Below are positions 44,130 to 55,800 of a stretch of DNA of 64,000 nt, piece after piece. Origin of the DNA: Paragordius varius. Lineage: Eukaryota > Animalia > Nematomorpha. A program made the position numbers and the translations under genes. Below the pieces are notes generated by a model. That model made no database searches, was not told the origin of the DNA, and saw only the letters and a program-made list of their open reading frames with translations. The number at the start of each line of letters is the position of its first letter. The first letter of the stretch is position 1. Location of the stretch: NCBI GenBank assembly GCA_964247055.1, contig OZ176052.1, forward strand, positions 1,488,001-1,552,000, in the 5' to 3' direction.

Positions 44130-44170
<41 letters not shown>

Positions 44171-45410
44171 TATTAAATTAGTTTTTGTAATAGGTATAGA
44201 ATATACGGTAAAAAATTATTGTAATAAACCTAATTTATCATATAATTTATATGATTTTATTTTATTATTAACCAAAAATATACACCATATCCTGGTTATT
44301 TATGGTGAAAATTAGACCAATTTTTAAAATATAAAAAAAATCCCTTTTACAGTTTCAAAATAAACTTACCATGTTTTCGTGTTTGAAAGCGGTAGAATCC
44401 TCGTCCAAAATATTATGGGCTAAAAATTAATATTGAATAAAAAATTTTTAAATATTAAAAAAAAAGACAAAACTAAAAAGGGTTAATATTTATACAATGA
44501 AAACAATTTTAAAATCTTGTTTAGATTCGAATGAGATGTTATTGGTGACACACTCATTTTTACAGTTTAAAAGATCATGCATAAAAAATATAGTTTTTTA
44601 TAAAAAAAACTAGTATTCTACATTTAATACAATTTTAATTTTTTGAATCTAAAAAATATAGAATAAACCCTCTTTAAAAAATTGTTCCTTATCAGAATCA
44701 ATATGAAAATCGCCAGAATTTGCAAACTCTTGATTCTGCGATGGGAAATTTTGGTAAAATTGTTGAGACGAATCCAAAGATGCTCTATCATTTTTATCGG
44801 CGTTGAAATCTAAAATCAATAATAAAAATTGATAAAAACCTTCTTTAACAACCGAATAATGTATTTAACTAAATATAAAAACAAACCACTAAAAGTTTCA
44901 TATTACAGCAAAAATTATATAATGGTATAAACTGAATTTTAACCATTTATATTGGCGCCTTTCAAACATATAAGTAAACTTTTAAATACAAGGATTTATT
45001 AAGCAAAAACTTGGATAAAAATTTAAATTAAAAAAATTATTACGATTTGATGTTATAGTATTTTCTTCCGAATCGTCTGCTAATGAATCACTAATAACGC
45101 TATCATTCAGGCCTTCCAAATCCGAATCATTAAGTTCAATATCCTCATTTTCCGATTCATTTACCAGAGAATGTTCATTTTCATGATTTTCATAGTTATC
45201 TTCTTTTTCATCTTGGGCAATTGATGCAGAATGATCGGATTGAAACGAAGTGTTATTATTCTCTATGCCTTGAAGCGAAGTGTCATTTATCTTAATAGAG
45301 TCTTGTGAGTGTTGAGTTGATAGATCTAATATTATTTTTCTTTGATTACTTTCAGAGAGTCTATCAGAATTAAGGAGACCCAAAGACGAATTACTTTCTT
45401 CAAGAATCAT
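27817..45410 (-). CDS. Large multi-exon protein: Asn/Ser-rich N-terminus followed by repeated ASH/PapD-like Ig-fold segments; best resemblance to ciliary DLEC1 (CFAP81), orthology unproven
   Basis: Many minus-strand exons with AG/GT borders (e.g. 45410-45046, 44809-, 44419-44370, 42950-, 41972-, 41395-40620, 39780-39090, 38608-, 37480-37180, 36225-36003, 35345-35013, 34716-, 33297-, 31220-31132, 31040-, 30083-, 29893-29611, 28894-28460). Segments 'IIDLPSVLSFMPCP...KTLPITNNS', 'GPYSIVDSLKYPIKILPGFTRYIK|ISYNP', 'GKKITLAIHFKPF...YSAKLLLQC' and 'GTIKPFLLLE' resemble ASH-domain strands. The 3' end (stop at 28460, or further exons to ~27.8 kb) and the start are uncertain. Confidence 0.55.
32617..32894. 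mobile_element. MITE family A, copy 4
   Basis: tata|ccatttacagttcaaattcaccc ... taaatcgtaaatgg|tata. Confidence 0.88.
33416..33827. mobile_element. MITE family B carrying a nested insertion
   Basis: Ends 'atgcattttaatagttgcttatttcacac' / 'gtgtgaaataagcaaccatttaaaatgtatactg|ta'; interrupted at 33455-33678. Confidence 0.8.
33455..33678. mobile_element. MITE family C (near-perfect hairpin) inserted at a TA inside MITE B
   Basis: ta|cagtcatgtatcctttattttatcaaaaatttatt...aataaatttttgataaaataaaggatacataacta|ta, with ~90-bp inverted arms. The empty site 'cacactatagta' is seen in the copy at 37812. Confidence 0.85.
36434..36724. mobile_element. MITE family A, copy 5
   Basis: tata|ccatttacatttcaaatcaccc ... 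gggtgaatttgaagtgtaaat. Confidence 0.85.
37812..37989. mobile_element. MITE family B, intact copy (TA-flanked, Tc1/mariner-like)
   Basis: ta|tagtatgcattttaatggttgcttattt ... aaataagcaacgattaaaatgcatactg|ta. Confidence 0.85.
38837..39002. mobile_element. TA-flanked MITE whose termini match the inner part of family B
   Basis: ta|cagtagcgtatggattaaaacaatattagtccatagaa ... ttctatggactaatattgtttaactccatacgctactg|ta. Confidence 0.85.
42982..44132. mobile_element. Long-TIR (foldback-type) element, ~1.15 kb, in an intron of the DLEC1-like gene
   Basis: 42982-~43225 is a high-identity reverse complement of ~43890-44132 (CAGTAAATGTTAATTTTTAATATCAAGAA... / ...TTCTTGATATTAAAAATTAACATTTACTG). A weaker inner inverted match extends to ~43370/43800. 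It is inserted in a TA-rich site. Confidence 0.9.
43381..43635 (+). CDS. 84-aa ORF forming the core of the long-TIR element; product unknown
   Basis: ATG-initiated. Acidic Ser/Thr-rich N-half and amphipathic helical C-half. Composition is unlike flanking intron. No recognised motif. Confidence 0.35.
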   Translation: MYSFCEEDSIDESLPSTLDSNYGTLITQTPEIKNQERCHFNVEELIENLTQILENIQHIYFLKYYEHTKKIVKNICLNKLPLVK

Positions 45411-45506
45411 CGTGTTTAAAAAATACTATTTCGAAATTTGCGCTTGGCTTTTGAACTTTCCAAAAGCGTTATCACATATGTAAAATTAATTTTGATTTTG
45501 AGGCGT

Positions 45507-46329
45507 ATGGCTTTTGAAATCGCCTCGCTAATTGCTGCTTTAGTTATTTGTTTGGTGTTGGTTTTTGCATCGGTGTTCCATGTATATATATTTTATATCT
45601 AATTTTATAGATTATAGTTTTTGATGAATTAAAAAACGATTTTAAAAATCCGATTGAACAGTGCAGATCTTTGAATCCCGTATTATTCTTACTTTAATAA
45701 TGAATAATGTTTAGTTAGTTCTACCAGAATACTTGGTGCATTTAGCAATGACCATATTTTTGCTGATAGGGACTCATTGGATTCTGTTTATCCTAAATAT
45801 TCCATTGGTAGCATATAATATTTACAGGTTAGTTATTATAAAATTAAAATAAATTATTTTCAAATATTTGCAAATAAATTCAAATTTTTGAATATAAAAG
45901 GTATAAAACGCGACCTAAAATGAGCTCTCCCGGGATTCACGATCCCACCATGGTTTTGAGTGTTCGTTATTTGCGAAAAGCTCAATATGAAGGCTGGACA
46001 AAATTGGCATTTAATGCGGCGATGTTTTTCATATATCTCTACAAGTTAATTTATGTTACTTTTGCAAATGTTTAAGACTCAATAATTATTTAAACATAGA
46101 TAAATGGATATGCAATTTTGCTTTTTGTAAAAACGTAAATATATATAATTGCTCAAAGTGGATAGAAATATATAATGCCATTTTTTATTTTTATGCTGAT
46201 TAATGTTAATGTTCAAGAATTTAAGGGGTAAATTAGAATTTAAATTTCAATACAATTAATTATTCTAGGGGTAAAAAAAATTATCTTAATGTATATAATT
46301 TAACTAGATGTATACTGTGTAGTTTATAG
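45507..46329 (+). CDS. CNIH: Cornichon family ER cargo receptor (CNIH1-like), 5 exons, ~140 aa; absent from the ORF track
   Basis: Exons 45507-45581, 45611-45679, 45715-45827, 45901-46044 and probably 46308-46329. Translation MAFEIASL...FH|IIVFDELKNDFKNPIEQCRSLNP|LVLPEYLVH...NIPLVAYNIYR|YKTRPKMSSPGIHDPT...EGWTKLAF...YLYK|CILCSL*. The last exon is less certain. Confidence 0.93.
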
Positions 46330-47478
46330 TATAATCACGTGGGTCTTTAAGGGTAGGAATTTTTTTCTTGTAATTTTACTATCAACCGCCTTAATAACAT
46401 TAACAAAGGAAAAATAATTGATATTTTTTAGCATTATTTATATCCTTGTATCCGACTAATATGGCATATAATATCATTCACTCAATCAATTACCCCTTAC
46501 AATCAAAACTTTTCTTCAAAATATCACCAAAAATCTTTTAAGATAAAATAACAAAGAATTCTGGAATTAAACAATGAATCTCAAATATTAAACAAATCTA
46601 AAGTGGTTGTTGGACATTTTCATCATACTTTGACAAAGGCATTATATTATTCCGTTTGTGTATATTGATAATATTATCATACAAATAAATGTATTTATTC
46701 ATTTTTACGATTATTTTTTGCATGGTTATAGGGACCAATCAGTAAAAATAGGCTCAATTAAATTGAAATTACCCTAATACCTTATTTTTGGGTATCAAAA
46801 CCAAACATTTTTTATTTATTTGAAAGACAAAAAAATGCGTTTAACGGTATCCAAACTTTGTAAACCAAATTTTCGAATGTACAACATTCTATAATTATAT
46901 ATATTTTGTTTTAATTATATTTTACTATTCTTTTGTTTTCAGGTCATTCATTGAAAAAGATACTACCATGTATCAAAAGTTTTGGATGTTCTATTTGCTA
47001 AATTTTACGAGAATTAAATTATTAATTTAAAATAAAAATTTTCGTTCACGTTGAGAATATTAAAAAATATTTTAATTTTATAGTAAGATGCTGTTTTGTT
47101 ATTCATTTTATTGCAGAATAAAAGTATAATTTTGAGTTTTTGTGTTAGCTACATTGTATTAAAATAAGTATATTTGTGAAGTAGTTATTGAAATCACAAA
47201 TATAAGACACAGCAATAATGAGACAAGATCAATTTTGACCTAATATGATATAAACTGAAACTATTTTGCTCAGTTACCGATTTTAAAAAAATTCATAAAA
47301 CCGGACCCGCTAATAAAATTTCAAATTATTTTTATCTTCAAAATATATTTATAAAAATAATATTTTGGTAGAATTCCTGCTTACAATCCGTGTTAGCATG
47401 GTGCTTATTATACTTGATCGCAAATTATAATGGATAAAATTATTTAACACTACATTATAAGTTTTTATTAGCCATAAT

Positions 47479-48858
47479 TAGGGTTGTGATTTTGACCCCC
47501 TTTTTTTGAAAAAGGGGGTCAGACCTAGGTCCGACCTAGGTCATATCATATGTTATTGCCAATAATAAATAACTACATACATAAATAATTGATCGAATCA
47601 CATAAAAAAGGTTTTTACATAAAGTATATATTTTTAAAAATTATATTTTCATCAATTCTGATAAAAATTTCTAAAATTAACGATCTTTCCTGGAATCATA
47701 CATAAAGACTTATAAAAAGTTTCAAATCACAGAAAGCTAAGAGCAACGAGAAAATATGGATTTATTGAAACCTATTTATGCTCTAATTATTTAGATTGTG
47801 TAAGTCCATGAACTTAACGTTAACTTAGAATGGTTCAAAGTTTTTTTATACTTTGAAATTTTTTATACGATTTATTAGATTTAATATATAACCGTGCTCA
47901 CTACATTTAAAATTTCAGTAATCTTATTAAGTTTAATATATTCTTTGATCAAATTATTTAAAATATGACATTGGTATTTATGCCATATTATATTAGGATA
48001 TTCTTTATTAATCAATTCAGCAGCCTTCATGTTCGCTGCATTATCGGTCACAATGGCATTAAAATTTTGTATTTCGTTTATAATTGGTTATATTATGTTA
48101 TAGATATATTCGGCAGTCTTACTATGATAAGGTGTGTCAATAGTTAATAAAAAATGATTTTTAGGATCCTTCAATAAATAATATTAATTCGCTCCCTACG
48201 AATATTGATAAAGGGATCGACGATTAATGAATATTATTTTACATATTCCAATAACTTCTATTTATATCTTCATAACATGTATCTAGTACTTTATTAGACT
48301 CTGTTTTCTATTTGGAATAGCATAATTAGGTTTAAACTATGAATGAAACTCCGTAAATGTTTATTTTCAACTATGTTGAGAGTTGAGGATGTAAAAATAA
48401 ATTTTGCTGAATGTTTCTGGCTATTCTCTCTTGAAAAGAGAAATTTTTAAGACTAAAATTAAGAAACTATTAGCTTGCTTTCGACCATCACCTTCTGTCA
48501 TATAATTTATTTCATGAACTTCTTTTAGATGTTTCTTCATTCGGTTTTTATTTAAATATATATATATATATTGTAATTGCATTTCTTGCATCTAACTTGA
48601 ATTTTTTAATCGAAAATTTCCACAAGGCTGATTTTATTATGATTTAGGAAGAAAAGATGTGTATCATATGATATTTAAAACAAAATAATACATATATAGA
48701 TAATATAAGGTTTTGTTTTACTAAAAATCGTAAAATTAAAAAAATAAAAAATTTAAAAAAATAAAAAAAATTGACCTAGGTCATTTTTTTTCGTGGTCAT
48801 GACCATGGTCATGACCTAGGTCATGACCCTAGGTCATTGACTAATGGGCACAACCCTA
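47479..48858 (-). mobile_element. hAT transposon, internally deleted, with perfect TIRs and 8-bp TSD
   Basis: GCCATAAT|TAGGGTTGTG ... CACAACCCTA|GCCATAAT; subterminal GACCTAGGTC repeats at both ends. Minus-strand remnants of a BED finger (VRCKKC...RMKKHLKEVH) and hAT core (KTAEYI...IVTDNAANMKAA...CHILN), with stops and frameshifts. Confidence 0.95.
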
Positions 48859-49014
48859 GCCATAATTGATAAATATCAATATTATTTATATAATTTTAAT
48901 AATATAATTAATATTTCTAGTAAATACTATTTTATTCAATTGATAGCCATAGCGAAATCCTGGTAGTATTTGCAAAATAAATTATTCAATTGAAGTCAAG
49001 TATAGCTTTAATAT

Positions 49015-49295
49015 AATTACAATTCAACACCCCAAATTCAAATTGACCCTTAAACAATCCAAATTCACCTTAAAAATAAATTAGGTGTTTTCGGACTAAT
49101 ATAACTCATCACTACTATAAAATATATTCTTATGGCATAGTTTATTATTTTCTCAATATTATATTAATTTAAAAAAACGCATGATTTATTTTAGGGTGAA
49201 TTTAAATGGTCATAAATTTGAATTGTCCAAGGGTGAATTTAAATTGTACAAGGGTGAATTTAAATTTTTTGAGGGTGAATTTGAACTGTAAATGA
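49015..49295. mobile_element. MITE family A, copy 6 (ends eroded)
   Basis: 'aaattcaaattgaccc...aaataaattaggtgttttcggactaatataactc' core and three 'gggtgaattt' right-end repeats. Confidence 0.8.
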
Positions 49296-49896
49296 TATAT
49301 AAATGCCTAGTTATAGTATCTAATTTTTTACGTATTTATTAAAAAGTTTATAAAATTGCGAGGCTAACAACCAGCGGTTTCCGCATAAATCTTAGAAACA
49401 AAATTTCTGAATTTGAAAAATCGCTATGGAGCCAAATTTATTAATTTATTCATATTCATGATTATTCGTGTAAAATGGCATGCCCTTTAAGGATAAAAAT
49501 TTATATGGTTGCTCTCGTGCTTGATACATTGAATATAATAATAATTCGGTATAAGAATATTGTATAATTAAATAAAAAAAAGGGTGGTATAAAAATGCCT
49601 CCAATATTTGTAAAATTGAAAAAAATGATATAAAATAAGTAAGATTTGCCCTTGATATCATTTTACAAAAAAAAATTAAAAATTTGTTCAAAACTATGCT
49701 GATAAAAATTTTACTAGTGCAAAAATTATTCTGGTGTGTGTGTGTGTGTGTAAGTTAAAAATAAATGAATTTTATATAACAATTGTATTAGGGTTTTTGG
49801 GTGAATTAGTAGATGTAGAGTTATGACTAACATTGGATGATAAATTTTCAATATTCATCAATTCGACACGCGTAGTGGTCAAATATTTTTTTTCAA

Positions 49897-52800
49897 TTAC
49901 ATTATCGTTAGGATAAAATTGTTGCCTATGATTTGTGTTGCTATTGACATGTAAATTTTTGATTGATTTTTTTCCATTTGACTAATAATGTATGATTGAG
50001 GAAAATTCAATGGTGGAGGGACATCTAAAAGTGAAATTGATTGCGTTTCAGGATATGTTTTCATTCCTAAAAAATTATACAAATAAAATATGCAAAGACA
50101 AGCGAAAAAAATAAAATATAAAAATATGACATACTTTGTATTTAGCGCATTATCTATATTTGATAAAAATAAAAATGTATATTTAAACTTATAAACCACA
50201 AAAATGATTATTTTATAATCGATTTTATACTGGCCTTTGGAAAATATCAGCTGTTTCCAAGAATCATTTGGTCCTGATAAAAAGGATGATTACTTGGATT
50301 TTATTTATTTTTCAACATGAATTATTGTGTATATTACCATCCTCATAATTTTTTTATAAATTTATAACTAACTGTGTAAACTTAGGTTGAGTAATGGAAT
50401 TATATTTTTAATCTATAATTTTTTAATTAGTAATTTAATTGACATTTTAAAACGTATTTATCCATTAATATTTTAATTGTAGGATACAACAATATTTTCT
50501 TGAAAACTCAGAAATTTTGATTTACAGGGATATTACGTCTGTTTTTTATTAAATTAAAATTCAAAAGGAAAGATATAATGTTTTCGAGATTTACCCTAAA
50601 AATAAAATTCGAAAGCATTTTACCAAAATCATAGAACCAAAATCATAGAATCAAAACCGCTCTCTTCAGAATATATAAAACCGAACCAAAGAAAAATGAG
50701 ATAGAATGAAACCAAATAACAGTGTCAAAAAACTCCCAAATCGGACTTTAAAAATTTGAACAAATTGTAAAAAATATTTATACTAGTTTCACATTTTTTA
50801 CAATCTAGTTTAAAGCAGAATCACCAATTAGTTAGTATTGTATTGGGTTCTGTTCGTTGATTTACTGATAATTTGAATGGGGTGAAAAGGCTAATATATC
50901 ACTACTTACCATAAACTCAGGTAAAGATCATATTTCATTGTCTAATAATTAAATTTAAATTTTACAAAATAATCTGGTATAGCTAATATGAATTCAATAG
51001 ACACAACAAGAAGCCATATTATAAATTATGTAGGGAAAAAGTTTGCATACAAATTTTTGTTTTTTCCTGATTAAATCATACATGTGCACAATTTAAGCGG
51101 ACAATAAAAATTCATACTAGTCCGAAAATTTATATTTATACCCATATAAACAGTAAGATGACTGTTAACTATGCACAAACTTAAAACTATGTATGATCAA
51201 GAAAAAGAAATTTTAAGAAATAATTTAAAAAAAATGCAAACCTATCCACAATTACCTTGTTGAGATACCAATACAACATTATTATTTTGTTGCTCATTGT
51301 GTTCATTAGAGTGATTTGCTTCAATCCTTTGAATATTACCATTATTGTTAAAGGTTAATAAATCGTTTTCGCTCAAATTTGAATTATTTTCTTGGGTATT
51401 AAAAGATTGGTGATTTTCTCCTATGTAATTTGTAGCATCGATGGTAGATGTTAACAAAGTCATATTTTTAGTATTTGTTAAATTATTGGCATAAGCTTCA
51501 TTTAAACCATTTTCATGTTTTAAGATTAATGAATTACTATTCATCATGAGTTGGCTATTATTATTATTATCATTATTCGTTAAAAGAGATATCGCGAATT
51601 CAGGATGATTTTGATTTGATGTAAGGAGATTGTTATACGTCATATTATTTGCGTTACTAAAATTTGGGTAAGAGAATGAATGTTGAAACATGATAGAAGA
51701 ACCGTTACCGATTGTTTGCAAATTATTATTAACTTGTTCAAGCAAAGTTGAGTGATTTGAATTTATAGTATGGGTATTGCTATTGTTATTGTTTTCTTGT
51801 GAAGGGTCAAACTCAAATTTTTGGATATACATTGTATTTGTATCCATATTAACACCATGGATTGGTTGATTCAAAAATTCTCCATTATTATTAGAATGCT
51901 GTTGGTGGGTATTGTGATTTTGTTCACAATGATTAGCTGATAAGAAATTTTGAATGAGTGCGGAATTTTCGCCATCATGTGTTGTAAATTGATGGTGAGA
52001 AATATTCATATCATTATTTATGTTAGGATGACTTAAATGATTTGTGGCGGATAAATCCATTATCATGGCAGCGTTTGATTGTTGAAGATTGAAAAATCTA
52101 GGGGAAAAATTAAAAACCGTTAAGGTTAACATAAAGAGCACTAATGAGTGTTTGAAAGGACAAAGTCAATCCAATAAATAAGAGCAGACATAGAATTTGT
52201 ATTTTACAAAAAACATTAATAGGGTATTCAAACATGATTCAGTTAAAATTTCTAACTATTACAAATGGAACATTATTTCATTTCACAATATAGAAACGAG
52301 CGCTATTATTGACTATATTGGTATTTTAATCAACTAAAATAGATTTAATTTATATGTATGTTGCGATGTAAAAACACTAAATTATAAATTGCAAAATATG
52401 TTAATAAATCCCTTTTACCATTAAAAATACCTACTGGCCAATGATAGCTCTGGGAAGTTCTAAACTTTCTAGAGTACATAAACTTTACGATGTCATTAAA
52501 TATAAAAAAATGCAAAATTACGAATAAAAGCTAAGAAAAAACCTTTGAATATGTTCCTCATGTCCAATATGGTTAGGTGGTGTTGAGGAATGGCCATCAT
52601 TATTATTTGCATCACAGCTCCTTGACGACGTATTTAATGTATTCAAAGTTGAATTATTATTAACATTATTATTATCGCAGTAATTTGTTAAATGACTACT
52701 TAGGGGTGTAAAATAACCCGAATTATTTTTTTCCACCAACACATTCGTATTATTGTGAGATAAATTGGTATTATTATTTGAAGAATTATTAACTGCCGTT

Positions 52801-55800
52801 ATAATATTAGGGTCCATAACTTGAATATCATAATGGGTTTGTTTCGTTGCATCAGCATTAGTTGCTATGAGGGCATTTACACGTTTCTTTCTAGTAGCCA
52901 TATTTAAACGCCGTAAGTAACGACGTAAACTATCCTTCGAACATTTCAAATGGACAGGTAAACGTTCAATGATATCGGTGACCTGTGGTTGTTTGCAATT
53001 TACACATATGTATCGTTGGTAAAAGTTAAAATTTATGTGAAATTAAACTAAAGAATGTTCTATATATAAGGTAGAATTGAATTGGTTATGAATAATCTAT
53101 TCATGACGGCGACTGCAATTGTTAATAAAAATAACCAGTCAAGATTTTTTGAACATATTATAAAACTGATTGTAAAATAAAATTTCAACAATTTTCATTT
53201 ATTGATGTCACTAATAAAAGCGATTTTGACTGATTATACCCTTGAGTGCTGCATTCATAAGCGGCAAGCCGATTATTATTTATGAATGCCATTTAATATA
53301 TTATTAATTTAGCTTATGTCAGTTTAAATTTTGTACATGGATTTACAATTATATATTATGGAAAAAAAACGTGAAAATAAGAAAATTTATAACATGCCAT
53401 AACTATAATTGTTATCACGTTAAAATTTGGGGAAAAAATGAATGTTTTTAATTAAAATGCCTGGTTAAACAATTAGTTTAGGAAAAAAAATGAAATAGCA
53501 ATATTTTTAACTAAATATTAAAAAATAATGAATCTGACAAACAAAATTTATTATACCTTTAAGGTGGTTTGTAAGGCGTCAAGATTAACCGGTTCCCCCG
53601 ATTTTTCGTGCAGAGAAGCCGATTGTTGTAAAATGGACATTCTGTGATTTTCGATAATTTCTTTTATGGCACGTTCGCGTTCATCTTCAAAGCGTTTAAT
53701 TTTATTCTTGAATGGTTGTGGCGTAAAAGCTATACAATAATAATAATTATAATATTTATATTGATAAAAAATGAAAATATAAGACTTTAAAAGAAACTTT
53801 AAGTCGTTTAATTTGATTTTTAAACGGTTTTTATAGTTCAAATTAATCCTTGAACAATTCAAATTCACCCTAAAATTAAATTATGTGTTTTCGAACTAAT
53901 ATGACCCATTATTAATAAGAATTATATCTTTATGGCATAGATTATTATTTTTTTAGTATTATTTTAATTTAAAACAAAATTTTTACTATTTAAAAACATA
54001 TAAAAATATAGGTAATTTTAATCTTAAAAAAGATATATTTTATTTATGGGTGAATTTGAATTATAATGGTATAAAAATATTAATTATGGACTAAAAATGA
54101 AGATACATGAGATAAAAAGTAAAAGACATCGCTTAATCCAATTTTGTGCAATGTCGTTTTAAATGGTAATAATAAAAATAAATATTTTTATATATAATTC
54201 TGTGATTCAAAAGAGGGTAGTAAATTTTGTCAAAGTTCAATGATTTAAATAAGCTCATAAAGCAGGCTCAAAATATATTATTTTAAATTGAGTTAGGATA
54301 TCTGATTATATTCATAGGGTTAATATTTTAATTAGGTTGATTCAAAACAATGATCCGGAGTTAAAATAAATTAGAAAGCCAAGGAAGTTTGCAGCGATAG
54401 AACAAAACCCTTTTTAAATAATTCCGAAACATTGTTGTAAATATATGATTATTGTAATTGTTAAAGGATTAATATTAACTGTTTTTGTAAAATATTTGAC
54501 TATTATTTTTTTCTTTTAAAACGAGATGTGTTTTTTCCAAAACTTATATGCTTTATCCGAAGGAAATAGTGCTCAATAACAAACAACGTTATATTTAGCC
54601 TGTTTTTTGCGATAATATTACCTAAACATATGAATTTTGCCGTTTAAACAATGGATATTATTATATGTATGTTATTGGGGTAAAAATATTTATTATCCTC
54701 TTTGTTTGATATTCAAAAATATTTTTTATTACGGTTCATTAGATAATTACTCGATATAAACCAATCGCTTTTTATGTATATACAGTATAAATATATAATA
54801 AATATAAAATATGGCTATTCAAACGTAGAAATAATTTAAAATTAAGGGAAAACCACCAATTGTTTTTATCGTTGTATTATACCCTTTTTTTACTTTTTAA
54901 ATTTTTATAATAAAATAATTATAATTAGAATATATATATATTTTTTTTTCTTATTGGTTTTATTGTAAAGAGCATTATTATAGGTTATTAAGTTAAATAG
55001 TAATATATATCTAAACACACAAATTTTTCACTTAAATATGAATATTTGAAAAAATATGAATTTTACTAAACTCACATACATTTGCATTTCTCTATTAACC
55101 AATTAAAATACCCTTATAACCAATAATAAAACTGTTTCCTATACTGTATTTACATAAAAAATCATACAAAAAAGTTTGCTTTCGAAAAAAGCCAAATAAA
55201 TTTACGTGATTTTCCATCTTTCCAACATGGGGAAGATATGCTACTATTACTGACTGTTTGAGATATTGAATTATTTCCGTTTCCATTTCCATTCGAAATC
55301 AAATTATCATTTGAACCGCAAACATAAACACTTTCAGCATTCATCATATATGTTGAATGAAGGCTATTGGGTAGCGTAATAGAATTATTGGGGAGGGAAC
55401 AATTGGCGCTATTCGTAGCACACGAATTAACACTGTCCTCAATGTGTCGTCTAATTTCTTCATCTGTGTTCCTATTATTACTGTTATTATTATCGGTTGC
55501 GTTTGAAACTCCGGGTAAGGATATTACGCTTACACCTATAATCAAAATAAAATTATGGAAATAAAACACAAAAAGTAGCGATGGCTTATTATAAAGGATT
55601 TTTATATTTTTTAATCCTAATTGTTTTCTACTTAACATATATCAATTGCAAAATATAAATTATAAACTTATTAAAAATCTCTTTATACCACAAGTTGTAA
55701 TAATTACAACTGGTTTTAGATTTTAAAAAAATTTACCTATTATATTTTGCCATCAAAATTTAAATGTACTCATACAATGGCAAAAATTTTGCATTTTCGC

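Noticed and set aside
47965-48147. 60-aa plus-strand ORF as the last cornichon exon
   Set aside because: It is the antisense of the hAT transposase remnant; a closer phase-2 exon at 46308-46329 gives the expected length.
49446-49691. 81-aa minus ORF as a further exon of the HTH gene; also ORFs at 26420, 32278, 40756, 55367 and 55747
   Set aside because: AT-rich, microsatellite or antisense translations with no compatible splice sites.
52983-53030. In-frame C-x2-C (YICVNCKQ) and a possible second AC acceptor upstream of the second HTH
   Set aside because: No U12 donor on the preceding exon; a normal GT donor (53557) and the CAG acceptor give a clean LK|VTDII join.
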